From Octopus vulgaris (taxonomy: Eukaryota): a DNA stretch of 64,000 nucleotides. The notes under the pieces were generated by a model that searched no databases, was not told where the DNA came from, and saw nothing but the letters and a program-made list of their open reading frames with translations. The stretch lies in the NCBI GenBank assembly GCA_951406725.2, contig OX597824.1, positions 96,224,001 through 96,288,000 of the forward strand. The letters run 5' to 3'. Shown here one piece after another: positions 25,046 through 37,451 of the stretch (positions within the stretch are counted from its first letter, which is position 1; each line of letters begins with the position of its first letter). The position numbers and the translations under genes were made by a program.

Positions 25046-26867
25046 TTGTGGCATGGTTTCTATGGCTGGATACCCTTCCTAATGCCAACCACTTTGCCGA
25101 GTGTACAGGGTGCTTTCTTACGGGCCATTGGCATGGGTGTGTTAATGCAACACTGGCATGACTGCATTTTATGTGGCACCAGCACCCGTAAAGGACAAGC
25201 CTGTATGCATGAATGATTTTACTTGGCTCAACGCATCTTCTCAAGTACAGCAAATCACCATAACTCCCAGTCCCTTCCCATTTCCTCAGTGAGGCCCAGC
25301 ATCCAAAAATCCTTTCTCACCACTACATCCCCTGTCTTTCTGGGTCGACCCCTTCCACAGGTTCCCTCTACAATTAGAACTCGGCACTTATGTTGGATGC
25401 AGGAGGCTATTAGTACTACAAGGATGTCAGTAGAAATAGTTTAGGAGTGGCTGTGTGGTAAGTAGCTTGCTTACCAACCACATGGTTCCGGGTTCAGTAC
25501 CACTGCGTGGCATCTTGGGCAAGTGTCTCCTACTATAGCCCTGGGTCGACCAATGCCTTGTGAGTGGATTTGGTAGACGGAAACTGAAAGAAGCCTGTCG
25601 TATATATGTATGTATATATATGTGTATGTGTGTGTGTGTGTTTGTGTGTCTGTGTTTGTCCCCCTAGCATTGCTTGACAACCGATAGAATAAGTACTGGG
25701 CTTACAATGAATAAGTCCTGGGGTTGATTTGCTCGACTAAAGGCGGTGCTCCAGCATGGCCACAGTCAAATGACTGAAACAAGTAAAAGAGTAAAAAGGT
25801 ATCCCTAAGATGAAATAAATGAGAGAAAAACTGATCTTTGAGTAACCCTAGGTAACTGGGACATTATTTCATCTAATTGTGAAGTAGATGTGAGTTGATA
25901 AGCGAAAGGGACACTTTGTAGAACATTTTGCTGATAACGGAGACAATTGTTGCAGATAAGAGCAGTTACGTTACGTAAATAAGCTGAATTAGTTGATAGA
26001 TATGTTAATGAATTACAGGAGCTAGAAAGTTACGGAAAGAGAGAAAAAAATTGACTCTGGTTTGAATATGGTGTTAGAAGAGTTGAGACAAGCAGCTTAA
26101 AAATGTTATTAAATTGCCATTAGTGTGAGAAAAGAAAAAGCTTTTAGTGATGCCCCTGAGGAAATAGATATTTAAAAATCAATAATGCTTCTGATGTCCA
26201 TAAGAAAAAAACACAAGAAAAATCTACACTATTCAACAACTCAAGAAATAGCAACCAAATCTCCCTCAAAATCACATCCTACTGTTTTCAAATAGGAGAG
26301 CATACAGTGACATGGCTGTGTGGTTAAGAGGTTTGCTTCCCAACCACAAGGTTTGGGGTTTAGTCCCACTGCGTGGCACCTTGGGTTGGTAGGCAAGTGT
26401 CTCCTACTATAGGTCAGGACTGACCAAAACCTTGTGAGTGGATTTGGTAGGCAGAAACTGAAAGAAGCTTGTAGTGTGTGTGTGTGTGTGTGGGGGGGGA
26501 AATGTAAAGAAGTAACAAAGCTGTGCAGGTGTCAATACATTACAACCGTTTCAAGTGGTTCCATTTAATTGATTAATGGAAACATTACATCAATTTGAAA
26601 GAAACTGCTCTTCTTCAGCTGCAGATGACCAAATAGATTTCAAATATAAAGGGTAAACTATTTTTAGCAATCGTAGTCATGGCAGATACTGGTGTCACAC
26701 AACTGGCACCCGTGCCAGTGGCATGTAAAAGCACCCATTACACTCTCAGAGTGGTTGGCTTTAAGAAGGGCATCCAGCCCTAGAAACCATGCCAAATCAG
26801 ACTGGAGCCTGGTGCAGCCCCTCAGCTTACCAGCTCTGGTCAAACCGTCCAACCCATGGACATTAAA

Positions 26868-26945
26868 TGATATGAGATATGATATGATATGAGATATGAT
26901 ATGATATATGATATGAGATATGATATGGTATGAGATATGGTATGG
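26868..26945. repeat. (GATAT)n-like microsatellite grown from a SINE tail
   Basis: Directly visible after the family C 3' end. Confidence 0.85.
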
Positions 26946-26966
26946 TATGTATGTATACATACAGAC

Positions 26967-27009
<43 letters not shown>

Positions 27010-27339
27010 CACACAAATAATTAAGATTCAGTTGAATTAGGTACTTAAGTTGAAGCACCAAGTCAGTCCGGTATTATCTGCACAGCTCAAGTATTTATAT
27101 TTTTTTTATATATCAGATTTTATAATTTTTGTTTAAATATGTCTATGCATTACCATTATCACAATATCCCACTTCTGATTCATGGCTTAAAATTAATAGA
27201 TAATACATATATCCTTCCAGCTATTCCATACGTAAGTGCCTCCTTGAGCAGTCTTTATGGAACCACCCATAATTAATTAATTAATTAAGTACAAGAATGG
27301 CTATTAAACTGACTCTACATAAGCTTCCATTTTAATGTC

Positions 27340-28152
27340 TATAATTGATACAGACACACCTTTTAGCTGTTTTGGTTAAGATATCATTTTGGATGTTTAC
27401 CGAAAAACTGGGGTCCCACTTGGATGGAACTTACACCCAGATGTTAAGAGCAGTCTTAAACATATCTTGGAGAACTCATCCCAAGAAATAGGAGTGTGAA
27501 GATCTCTTGCCTGTTTCTACTATTATAAGGTAGAGGCACTTTGCAGGACGTTGCTGGTCAAGAGCTAAACAAGTGATCTATGGCTACGGGTACCAAATCA
27601 TGGCTATGCTCAAGTGTGGAGGCGCAATGGCCCGGTGATTAGGGCAGCGGACTCGCGGTCATAGTATCGCGGTTTCGATTCCCAGACCGGGCGTTGTGAG
27701 TGTTTATTGAGCGAATACACCTCCATGAGGCTCTGGCAGGGGATGGTGGTGATCCCTGCTGTACTCTTTCACCACAACTTTCTCTCACTCTTACTTCCTG
27801 TTTCTGTTGTACCTGTATTTCAAAGGGCCGGCCTTGTCACTCTCTGTGTCACGCTGAATATCCCAGAGAACTACGTTAAGGGTACACGTGTCTGTGGAGT
27901 GCTCAGCCACTTACACGTTAATTTCACGAGCAGGCTGTTCCGTTGATTCGGATCAACCGGAACCCTCATCGTCGTAACCGACGGAGTGCTTCCATCCATG
28001 CTCAAGTAGGCTGTCCGAACACAATGGATGTAGATCAATTCACCAGAGTCACTGGATGCCTCCCTGAAGACTCCCCCTCAACAAACGCAGGACTGAGGTG
28101 GATGATATGTGAGGGTTAAAAATGTCTGAGCAAGCTCAACCAGATAATGATG
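27340..28152 (+). mobile_element. Old LINE 3' fragment interrupted by a SINE
   Basis: Degenerate LDGTYTQMLRAVLNISW and HFAGRCW peptides, related to the 33268-33525 fragment. Confidence 0.65.
27616..27997 (+). mobile_element. Intact tRNA-derived SINE family E with 10-bp TSD
   Basis: A box TGGCCCGGTGATT, B box GGTTTCGATTCCC; ATGCTCAAGT at 27606-27615 and 27998-28007; CpG-rich. Confidence 0.88.
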
Positions 28153-29073
28153 AACAGTTGTAAACATTCGGCTTCAGACGTTTTGGAAGTCTGTCACCAA
28201 GTGATACAAAGCCAGTTTTACTTTTAAAGCAGAAGTTAACAACAACAACAACAGCCATCACCACCACAACCACCACCACCACAATAACAAGAGTATATTT
28301 GAACTGGTCACTTTCTTGTCATTGGTCTGTTAGGGAAATACTACTTTAGACATATTTTGCTACACACACTGACAACAACAACAACAAAAAAAGAAGGGAA
28401 TCTGTGGCAGTTGCTGAACATGTTAGAGATAGCAGTCAAATCTCCCTAAAATCATATCTTATAGTACTAAATAAAGAAGACCACACCAAACAAAATAATA
28501 ATCTTTGGCAACCAAAAAGATAGGAGGATCATGGCTGGAATGGTTTAATCATGGGTCTGTTCAACCCGAGCTAAATAACAACAAGTACAAAATGACCTTC
28601 TCCCTTCATATGAATAGGCTTATGCCTGTCATGAGCCCCAGGACACATAAGACTAGAGCTTAACACAGTTTCTATGGCATATAAGTGACTGAGATCACAA
28701 CACTCCCCACTGGATAGGAAGCTAGTCCACTGCAGAGTTAGCTTCCCAACCATTGCTGGGTTACTCACTTACAGCTGAATGGACTGGAGCAGCGTGAAAT
28801 GAAGTATTTTGCTCAAGGACACAATGCACTGACCAGCATGGGAATTGAAACCACAGTCTTATGATCATGAGTGCAACTCTCTAACTACTAGGTCGTGTGC
28901 CTTCACTCTTCAGGATCAATATACCTCACTCATCTCGTTTATCTCCAGCTTCCACAGATCTTCCACACTCAACAGACATGCCTCAATGTCTCACTATCAT
29001 AAGATGTATTTCACACATGCTTCAGTCACTGTACATTCTCAATGAAACACTCTACTCTTTATGGAGCCAATGA

Positions 29074-29122
<49 letters not shown>

Positions 29123-31317
29123 TGTGTGTGTGTGTGTGTGTGAGTGTGTGTGAGTGTGTGATTGATCAACTTGCTGAAAATAGCTGTCAAATTACCATTA
29201 AAAGCATAAAGAAAAGGACACATTGAAGAATATAATTCTAAATCGACAGGCGTGGCTGTGTGGTAAGAAGTTTGTTTCCCAACCACATGGTTCTGGGTTC
29301 AGTTCCACTATATGACACCTGAGTGTCTTCTAGTAGAGCCTTGGGTTGACCGAAGCCTTGTGAGCGGATTTTGTAGATAGAAACTGAAAGAAGCCTGTCA
29401 TATATTAATATACTTTTTTTCTTTACTTGTTTCAGTCAATATGACTATGGCCATGCTGGAGCACCACCTTTAGTCAAAAATCCCACCCCAGGACTAATTC
29501 TTTGAAAGCCTAGTACTTATTCTATCGGTCTTTTTTGCGGAAGTGCTAAGTTACAGGGACATAAACACACTAACAGCGGTTGTCAAGTGATGGTGGGGGG
29601 GACAAACACAGACACACAAATACATACACACACACACACATGATGGGCTTCTTTTAGTTTCCATCTATGAAATCCACTCACAAGGCTTTGGTCGGCCCGA
29701 GGCTATAGCAGAAGACACTTGCCCAAGGTGCCAAGCAGTGGGACTGAACTCGGAACCATGTGGTTGGGAAGCAAGCTTCTTACCACATGGCCACTCCTGC
29801 ACCTATATATATCATCATCATCGTTTAATGTCTGCTTTCCATGCTGGCATGAGTTAGACAGTTGGACTTGGAGCTGGTTAGCAGCAAGCTGTCCAGACTC
29901 CAGCTATCAGCTGAGGCATTTCTACAGCCAAAATGTGTGTGTGTGTGTCTAAGGCAGCAAGCTGCTAGAATCGTTAGCACACCAAGCAAAATGTTTAGCA
30001 ATATTTCATGTCTTTACGTTCTGAGTTCAAATTCTGCCAAGGTAGACTTTGCCTTTCATCCTTTCGGTGTCGATAAATTAAGTACCAGTTGTGTACTGGA
30101 GTCGATCTAATCGACTGGCCCCTTCCCTCCAAAAAACTTCGGGCCTTGTGCCTAGAGTAAAAAAGAGCGTGTGTGTGTATGTGTTTGGCCCCTACCACTG
30201 TTAGACAACCAGTGTTCGTGTACTTACATCTCCGTAACTTAGAGTTTTGGGAAAAGAATAATCACTGGGGTTGATTCACTCAACTAAAAATTCTTCATGT
30301 TGGCACCACTGAATGGTTGCAGTCTAATGACTGAATCAAGTAAAAGATAGAAAAAAATATGCAAAAGCAATAACATCAGAACAGTTACAGCTGGAATACC
30401 TTTGCACTTGCATACCTGAGACGGATGGTCTGCCCTCATGAATCATAACTACCCTGGGTGGTACAAACTGTAGCAACATGATGCATATTTGATCCTAGGT
30501 GAATCAGTGCTGACTTCAGCTGAACGACAGGAATAATGATCACAGTAGGTTACAAAGATAATAGAATATGTCTATGGTTTGTCGATCCACCCAAGCTTAT
30601 TGTGGTGTTTATTGCACAGAGTCCTTTGTGACTAACTGCTCCTAAACATTTAGGGTATACTTTATTGTCTGGTAACCTCTCAATTGGCAACAGATTAAAC
30701 AAAGAGAAGCCGCATTATCACAGCTCAACCTACTCCCAATGACAGAAAAAGATCTCGCTTCTTATACACTGCAGTCTTAAAAATAAGAATCATCATCATT
30801 TAACATCCATTTTCCATGCTGGCATGGGTTGGACAGTTTAACAGGAGCGGGCAAGCCAGGCACCAGGCACCAGTCCTCTGTTTTGGTATGGTTTCTAATG
30901 GCTGGATGCCCTTCCTAATGCCAACCACTTCACAGTGTGTACCAGGTGCACTTTTACTTGACACTGGCATGGGCACTTTAAATGTGGCACCAGAATACAC
31001 TACATATTGTGTTCATGGGTGTTTAATATCTGGAAAATAACTGGGAAGGGCGTGGCTGGAATACCTTTCACCATATGACATTTTAAATGCAGATGATCTA
31101 AGACTAAACAACAACCCCGCCCCCACAACCAACTACGTAACTTCAGATTGTTTCAAGCTTGACACGACCTGCACAACAACCTCTACCTCAATGCACACGG
31201 AGCTTATTGTGCTGTTTCTTTCACAGAGTCTTTTGTGACTCCAAAACATTTCATGCATACTTCACTGTCTGCTAACCTCTCAATCAACAACAGATTACAC
31301 AGTTGCTTCACTCACCA

Positions 31318-31546
31318 TTAACCCTTTAGCATTTAAACAGGCCAAATCCGACCAAAAATATTCTGCCTGTTTTATGTTCAAACTGACCAGATCTGGTCCC
31401 TCATACCAACCCTACAATATTGTTTTAAAAATTAACAGCTACCTCATCAAAAGCTCAAAGCTACAAGATAATGCCTGATTAGTTCAAAACAGTATGGAGG
31501 AAAAAGCATTAATTTTGGCAGAATAATGTGAACACTAAAGGGTTAA
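31318..31546. mobile_element. piggyBac-like MITE, second family
   Basis: TTAA-CCCTTTAG ... CTAAAGGG-TTAA; related copies at ~1493-1625 and 62515-62750. Confidence 0.7.
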
Positions 31547-32379
31547 AGAGATCTTCACCATCATCATCATCATCATCATAATTATCATCGTTTTAACGTC
31601 TACTTTCCATATTTGACAGATTATGTTGAGGCAGATTTTCGACAGCCCTTCCTGCCACGAACCCTCGCCTGTTTCCAAGTGAGGCAATATTTTCCCATGA
31701 CTGGAGATGTTTCCACGGAAGATTAGAAATGAAGGATACTGCTTGTGTGACAACAACACTTACAACAATCACATGATGTCAAGACAAGGAGACACCATCT
31801 CACACACTCACACACACGTGTGGGGTATGTGTGTGTATGAGACAGGCTTCTTTCAGTTTCCGTCTACCAAATCCATTCACAAGGCTTTGGTTGGCCTGGG
31901 ATTATAGTAAAAGCCATTTGCCCAAGGTGACATGCTGTGGGACTGAACCTAGAACCAAATGATAGAAAGCAAGCATCTTAACCACACAGCCATGCCGGTG
32001 TCTATTGTATTTCCTGGAAATGGAGATCAACTCATCTGCCAAGGTAGACTAGTTTTATTTACAGCCAGACAGATTTGTCAACCAAAACAGAACAGACTAT
32101 TTGGTATGTTTCCCTCAAGAGACTTCAACTTTTTCATTATATTTCTGTAGAAATAAACTGCGTTTGATTCGATTAATTTTGAAAATAAAGAATTTGATCA
32201 AGTAGATTTCTTATTATTAAGCAAACATAAATTAACATAAATTAACATTAAGTTTTGAAGGAAGGGTTTAATTTATATCACTTTAAAACAAGGCATTTAT
32301 ATCATAAAACCAAGAGGGCTCTCAGACAGGTTGGCTTTAAAAAGGTCAACACAATCAGCCAATAGTTTATGTCTGAAAA

Positions 32380-32612
32380 GGCAGCGAGCTGGCAGAGATG
32401 TTAGCACGCCGGGCGAAATGTGTAGTCGTATTTCGTCTGCCGTTACGTTCTGAGTTCAAATTCCGCCGAGGTCGACTTTACCTTTCATCCTTTCAGGATT
32501 GATTAAATAAGTACCAGTTACGCACTGGGGTCGATATAATCGACTTAATCCATTTGTCTGTCCTTGTTTGTCCTCTCTGTGCTTAGCCCCTTGTGGGTAG
32601 TAAAGAAATAGA
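32380..32612 (+). mobile_element. Full-length SINE family B with 13-bp TSD
   Basis: tRNA-like head (AGCTGGCAGA, GAGTTCAAATTCC); central CCTTTCATCCTTTC..GATAAAT.AGTACCAG resembling the Deu/Nin conserved SINE domain from memory; TSD TTATGTCTGAAAA at 32367-32379 and 32613-32625. Confidence 0.88.
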
Positions 32613-33267
32613 TTATGTCTGAAAATATTGGAATTATAGAAATGAGAGCAGAGGACAACAAACTTCTTATATTATTAACCCTTTCATGGAATCCTTGATA
32701 GATTATCGACCCCATCATGTAAATTTCTAAAATTAAAAAGTGTAATTAATATAAAAATTCTTGATTTAAACACAATAATTTCTTAGTTCTTTTGTGTCAT
32801 TTCTGCTTTTAGTAAGAAATATTTTAAAGAAATTCAATGTAAATATTTAATAAAACTGATATAAAAAAAAAGAGAACAAAAATTCAGCAGTACCCTTAAT
32901 ACCCAAAACCATTTCAGGTGTTTATCAACCACTTGGCTAGCCAATTAGGCCCTGAGCGGGGTCAATGTTGACTATTTTGCTGAACTGTGGACTAGAGACA
33001 AAATCTTGAGTTTCACCAAAAACGAGAGAACAAAAATGGGAATTGTGCTTGTCTGGCAAATGACACCTGGTAGCAACAAAACCCACATAGCAAGAAAATA
33101 TGGACACAAATATACAGAGGAACAGATCCCTAATTTCTTTGGCATATCCCTCAACAATTCAAACTAAAAGAAGAAACATTTTTGCTGCATCCCAAACAGA
33201 CTACACACACACACATCTTTCTCAATAACTCTGCAATAAGCTCAAAATACTTAATACACAAAGACCA

Positions 33268-33525
33268 TCATCATCATTGTTCGACCGTTGTCGAGACAAT
33301 GGAATTTACTATGTTACGCCAGACCTCACGGTCCATCATAGCATTACGGAGGTCCTGTTGCTGGATGCCTATATCCCTGGAGATTACATCAGGGTAGGAG
33401 AGTGTGCGCCCTCTGGTATCGCGAGCAGATGGCTTCCAGAAGAGAAGAGTAGAAATTACCTCGTTTTCAGCTCTACAACAATGTCCAGCAAACTGGACTC
33501 TTCTACCTTTCACAAGAGATGATAC
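33268..33525 (-). mobile_element. LINE 3' end (RTE-related) with (GAT)n tail
   Basis: RRVQFAGHCCRAE...LRNAMMDREVWRNIV then stop and GAT repeats. Confidence 0.8.
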
Positions 33526-33613
33526 ACAAAGACCACCTAATACAGGATGAATCAAAAGTAGCACTCAATTCCTGCCTTAGAGTTGATATGTCTGAACTCC
33601 CAATTGGGATATA

Positions 33614-33742
33614 CAGTGTGATTCAAAAGTCATGATACATAGGAAAAGATTATTTTTTTATAAGAAACAGTTAAATGAAAGAAAACTGTTTCTTCTAAAA
33701 AATAAAATTGTTCTTATGTATGGCAACTTTTGAATGACCCTG
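33614..33742. mobile_element. 129-bp Tc1/mariner-type MITE
   Basis: TA|CAGTGTGATTCAAAAGT ... ACTTTTGAATGACCCTG|TA. Confidence 0.85.
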
Positions 33743-34574
33743 TAGTTTTGGCATTTAGCTCTTGTTTTATAGATTGGGGTATCAAAGAGTATTAACACCA
33801 TGATGCATGATCCAGATTTAGTAACTTTCAAAAACTGTCAGTAGTACTCTTTTACTCTTTTACTTGTTTCAGTCATTTTGACTGCGGCCATGCTGGAGCA
33901 CCGCCTTTAGTCGAGCAAATCGACCCCAGGACTTATTCTTTGTAAGCCCAGTACTTATTCTATCAGTCTCTTTTGCCGAACCGCTAAGTGACGGGGACGT
34001 AAACACACCAGCGTCGGTTGTCAAGCAATGCTAGGAGGACAAACACAGACACACACACACACATACATATATATACATATATACGACAGGCTTCTTTCAG
34101 TTTCCGTCTACCAAATCCACTCACAAGGCATTGGTCGGCCCGGGGCTATAGCAGAAGACACTTGCCCAAGATGCCACGCAGTGGGACTGAACCTGGAACC
34201 ATGTGGTTGGTTAGCAAGCTACTTACCACACAGCCACTCCTGCGCCTATCCTGCAAAACAACAAAGGCACAACTTCCTAGAAACAAGGGACTACTTTTGA
34301 CTCACCCTGTAAACCTAAATATACAAAGAAAAAAAAAGCTAATGTAGTCCAGAGTGCCAGAAATAAATTTGGGCTGCTCAGGGCTAAAATGTTTTGGATC
34401 AAAAGCTTGGCGAGGGCTGAGTTGTGAGTCAACAACATCAAATATGCAACTAGTGTCATTTCATAGGTGTTGTGTGTTCAAACTCATGCAGTTCCTACAA
34501 ATACAAGACCAGCACATTAGGGACTTATTGTAATATTTTTGTGTATTGTTAAACAATGCAACAGAACATTCCTG

Positions 34575-34996
34575 TATCAATATCTATGAAGCTGAAATGC
34601 AAAAAAGTTGTTTGATTTCTTGGTTATTTGTCTCATTGATGGGGTCGGTTTGGCACCAAAATTTACACTGGGGGGTAAAATGGGGTGGGTAATGGTGTGA
34701 GGAGGGTTGCAAGTCGCTTGGGGCTACCGTTTGGTTGCCACGGTGAGGAATATGGGAAAAATTGAGTTTTATGGGATAGACAGGTTGCGCTGTTTGAATA
34801 ATGGTGGCTTTTCGTGTTGCTGCAGGGGCTAGAGGCGGTTATCTTTAATTGTGGGTGTAAAAATTTGGGGGATTTTGGAAAAGGGGGTAAAATTTTTCAA
34901 CTTTTAAAAAGAGTACATTTTTGCCCTATTTTTTAGATTTGCGCAAAACACCACCACCACCAAAACCCGAGCGAATCACGGGTCAAAATAGCCAGT
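34575..34996 (+). mobile_element. Degenerate non-autonomous Helitron-like element
   Basis: 5' TATC...AAGCTGAA start; 3' ACCCG..CGGGT hairpin followed by CCAGT (decayed CTAG). Confidence 0.5.
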
Positions 34997-35211
34997 CTGA
35001 TTCACATAATTATGAAATATGTACATGCACTAAAACAGCTGTGAAACCAATTTACTTTTTAGAGCTAATTAAGCCGAGTCAATGATATTTTTTTAACAAA
35101 TCTGAAGAAATCAGGACTACGAGGCATTGACCAGTTCCAGCTTCTTCATCCACTTCCAACACAAACTAAATTATTGGCTGTAAGAATGCAAGCTGCATAT
35201 CTAAAGCGGAT

Positions 35212-35263
35212 GCACCATGCAACACCATGCAACACCATGCAATACCATGCAATACCATGCAAT
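35212..35263. repeat. 10-bp tandem repeat (YACCATGCAA) x5
   Basis: Directly visible. Confidence 0.9.
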
Positions 35264-35472
35264 AGGTAAGACACAAAAATGGTTTGTGCTGTTGTGTTGT
35301 GTTGCTTTGAAGTGTTTGACTTGCTCTTTCTATGACATAATTTGGCTCAGGCAGGACTTGACAGTGGCAAAGCAAACAGCTCGTTAACAGAGACGTAGAA
35401 ATATCTAAAATTAAGCTTGCAGCAGAGAAGTGCCGAAACAGACGAAAAAATATGTTCATGCAAGCCACTTAC

Positions 35473-35523
35473 ATATTTCATTCTTCGATGTTCCAGCCGA
35501 GAGCTGGTATAAGAATCTGGCGA
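35473..35523 (-). CDS. KIF16B: KIF16B exon (51 nt, symmetric)
   Basis: ttttccag|...|gtaagt; phase 0-0; SPDSYTSSRLEHRRMKY. Confidence 0.8.
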
Positions 35524-37370
35524 CTGGAAAAAGGAAATGAATTTAGATAAATCTTTGCAAAAACAAAAAAAAAAAAAAAAAATAAATAAAAAAAAATGCT
35601 TTTCAAAAAAAAAAAAATGATTCCAGGAAAAATTTATTTCTTGCTCACTGAGGACATATTTTATCGGAAATCAACCAAAGATGTGAAGTCAATTGCCTCG
35701 AACAAGTAAAAAAAATGAACATCCCCCCCTCCTCTACCGACACCACTGAATAAAATTGGTGGAGGGATAAATTTGGTTTATGTGTGTGTGCATGTGAGTG
35801 AATATGTCTTTGTGTTTGCCCACTGCACTGTTTGGCAATTGGTGTTGGTTTGTTTATGTTCCTCTAAAATAGCAGTTCAACAAAAGAGACTGATAGAATA
35901 AGTACCAGTACTGGGTGTTGGGGTGGATTTGTTTGAGTAAAACCCTTCCAGACAGAACCTCAGCGTGGCCGCAGTCCAATGACTGACACAAGTGACAGAT
36001 AAAACAGACAAGATCTCTCCACTATCACAACTTTTCCAGAGCAATCTTTGATGTTAACTGGTTGATCTGCTTCAGTACATCCAGCTAACTGTAAGACATC
36101 TTTCCCTATCACTTCCAAAGTGACTTAATACTGTTAAGATGGAGAGATTTGGAAAGATTTCAACTTCTATAAGGATAGCAGGCGAGGACATTGATAGAAT
36201 GAGAGAGTAGTCTATATATTAGTAAAGTGAAGGTGGCGAAATGCTTAGCGGTGTTTCGTCTGTCGTTACGTTCTGAGTTCAAATTCCACCGAGGTCGACT
36301 TTGCCTTTCATCCTTTCAGGGTTGATAAATAAAGTACCAGTTTCGCACTGGGGTCGATGTAATCGATTTAATCCGTTTGTCTGTCTTGTTTGTCCCCTCT
36401 GTGCTTAGCCCCTTGTGGGCAATAAAGAAATATATAGTAAAATGACAATGTATTGAAGAGGAGGGTCAACAGTTTGCATTCCATCTCTAGTACTGAACTG
36501 GATCCCTGGTGAAGGTATTGTGTTTGCAATGGTAGTTCTTCTCCTTTGGCATCTGATTGTCTTGTGAGACCCCAGACTTACACCTGGAAAGTCTTGCTTC
36601 AGTCTATGTTGGAAGAATACAGTGAGGTGGGCAGTGGATAGTTCTTTCCAAGGTACTGACCGGGGAAAGGATGTGTGGAAGATTAACAATTGACCATGTA
36701 ACAAGGTGTCTACGAGGGAATTGCCTGAACCAAGTTGAAGACAATGTTTGGCTATCTTAGGAACTCCAGCTCTCAATTTGTATTTGATTAAATTGACACT
36801 AGTACTTGACTGGAATTCTTTTATTGGTTTCAGCCAAAAACTGTGGCCATGCTGGGGCACTGCCATTTGCTGGTTTATCTTAGACTCGTTTTCTGACCAT
36901 CTCTAGAATCAGTCCTGGCAAAGTAGTGAGTTAGACAAAGCCGCCCTTCTTTGCATTTCTTGCTGTGATGAGGGTTCATCTGGTATCTCAGTTGAAGATT
37001 TGTCTAATTGTTCTTTGAGCACATTCACATACTAGCATAGCTAGAGGAGGGGGGAGGGGCAGTCTGCCCCGTGTGGCACTCTTATGGGGCCAGGACCACT
37101 TTTGGGTCTCCTGTAGGTAATATGCATTCTTTGTGGGGGCCCAGAGGTGACAGAATGAAGGGCCACCCCAGGTGGCACAAACTCTGGCCACACTAGTGCA
37201 TACACATCTACTCCTCATATATCTCTGAAGCTTTTTGGCAAGGTCTTGAAAAGTTGTGGGCTTTTGAAGCCCAAGCTGTTACAGCATTGGCTCCTTAGTC
37301 TGGAAGGACAAGATGGGATGTTTGGTACTCTGTAGTGATGTTCAGTCCAGTGACTGGTATAGCTTTCTGG

Positions 37371-37451
37371 AAATTTTGCTATCAACCCATGAGATTAAAT
37401 TTTGCTATCAACCCATGAGATTAAATCTTGTTATCAACCCATGAGATTAAA
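37371..37451. repeat. 26-bp tandem repeat x3 (TTTTGCTATCAACCCATGAGATTAAA)
   Basis: Directly visible. Confidence 0.92.

Noticed and set aside
30416-30467. 52-nt minus-strand pseudo-exon (cag|...CAG|gtatgc)
   Set aside because: It would frameshift a phase 0-0 intron and has a poor pyrimidine tract; only RNA-seq could rescue it as a poison exon.
36405-36866. 153-aa ORF as a nested gene
   Set aside because: Starts and ends in SINE fragments, has no recognisable domain and no fitting splice sites.
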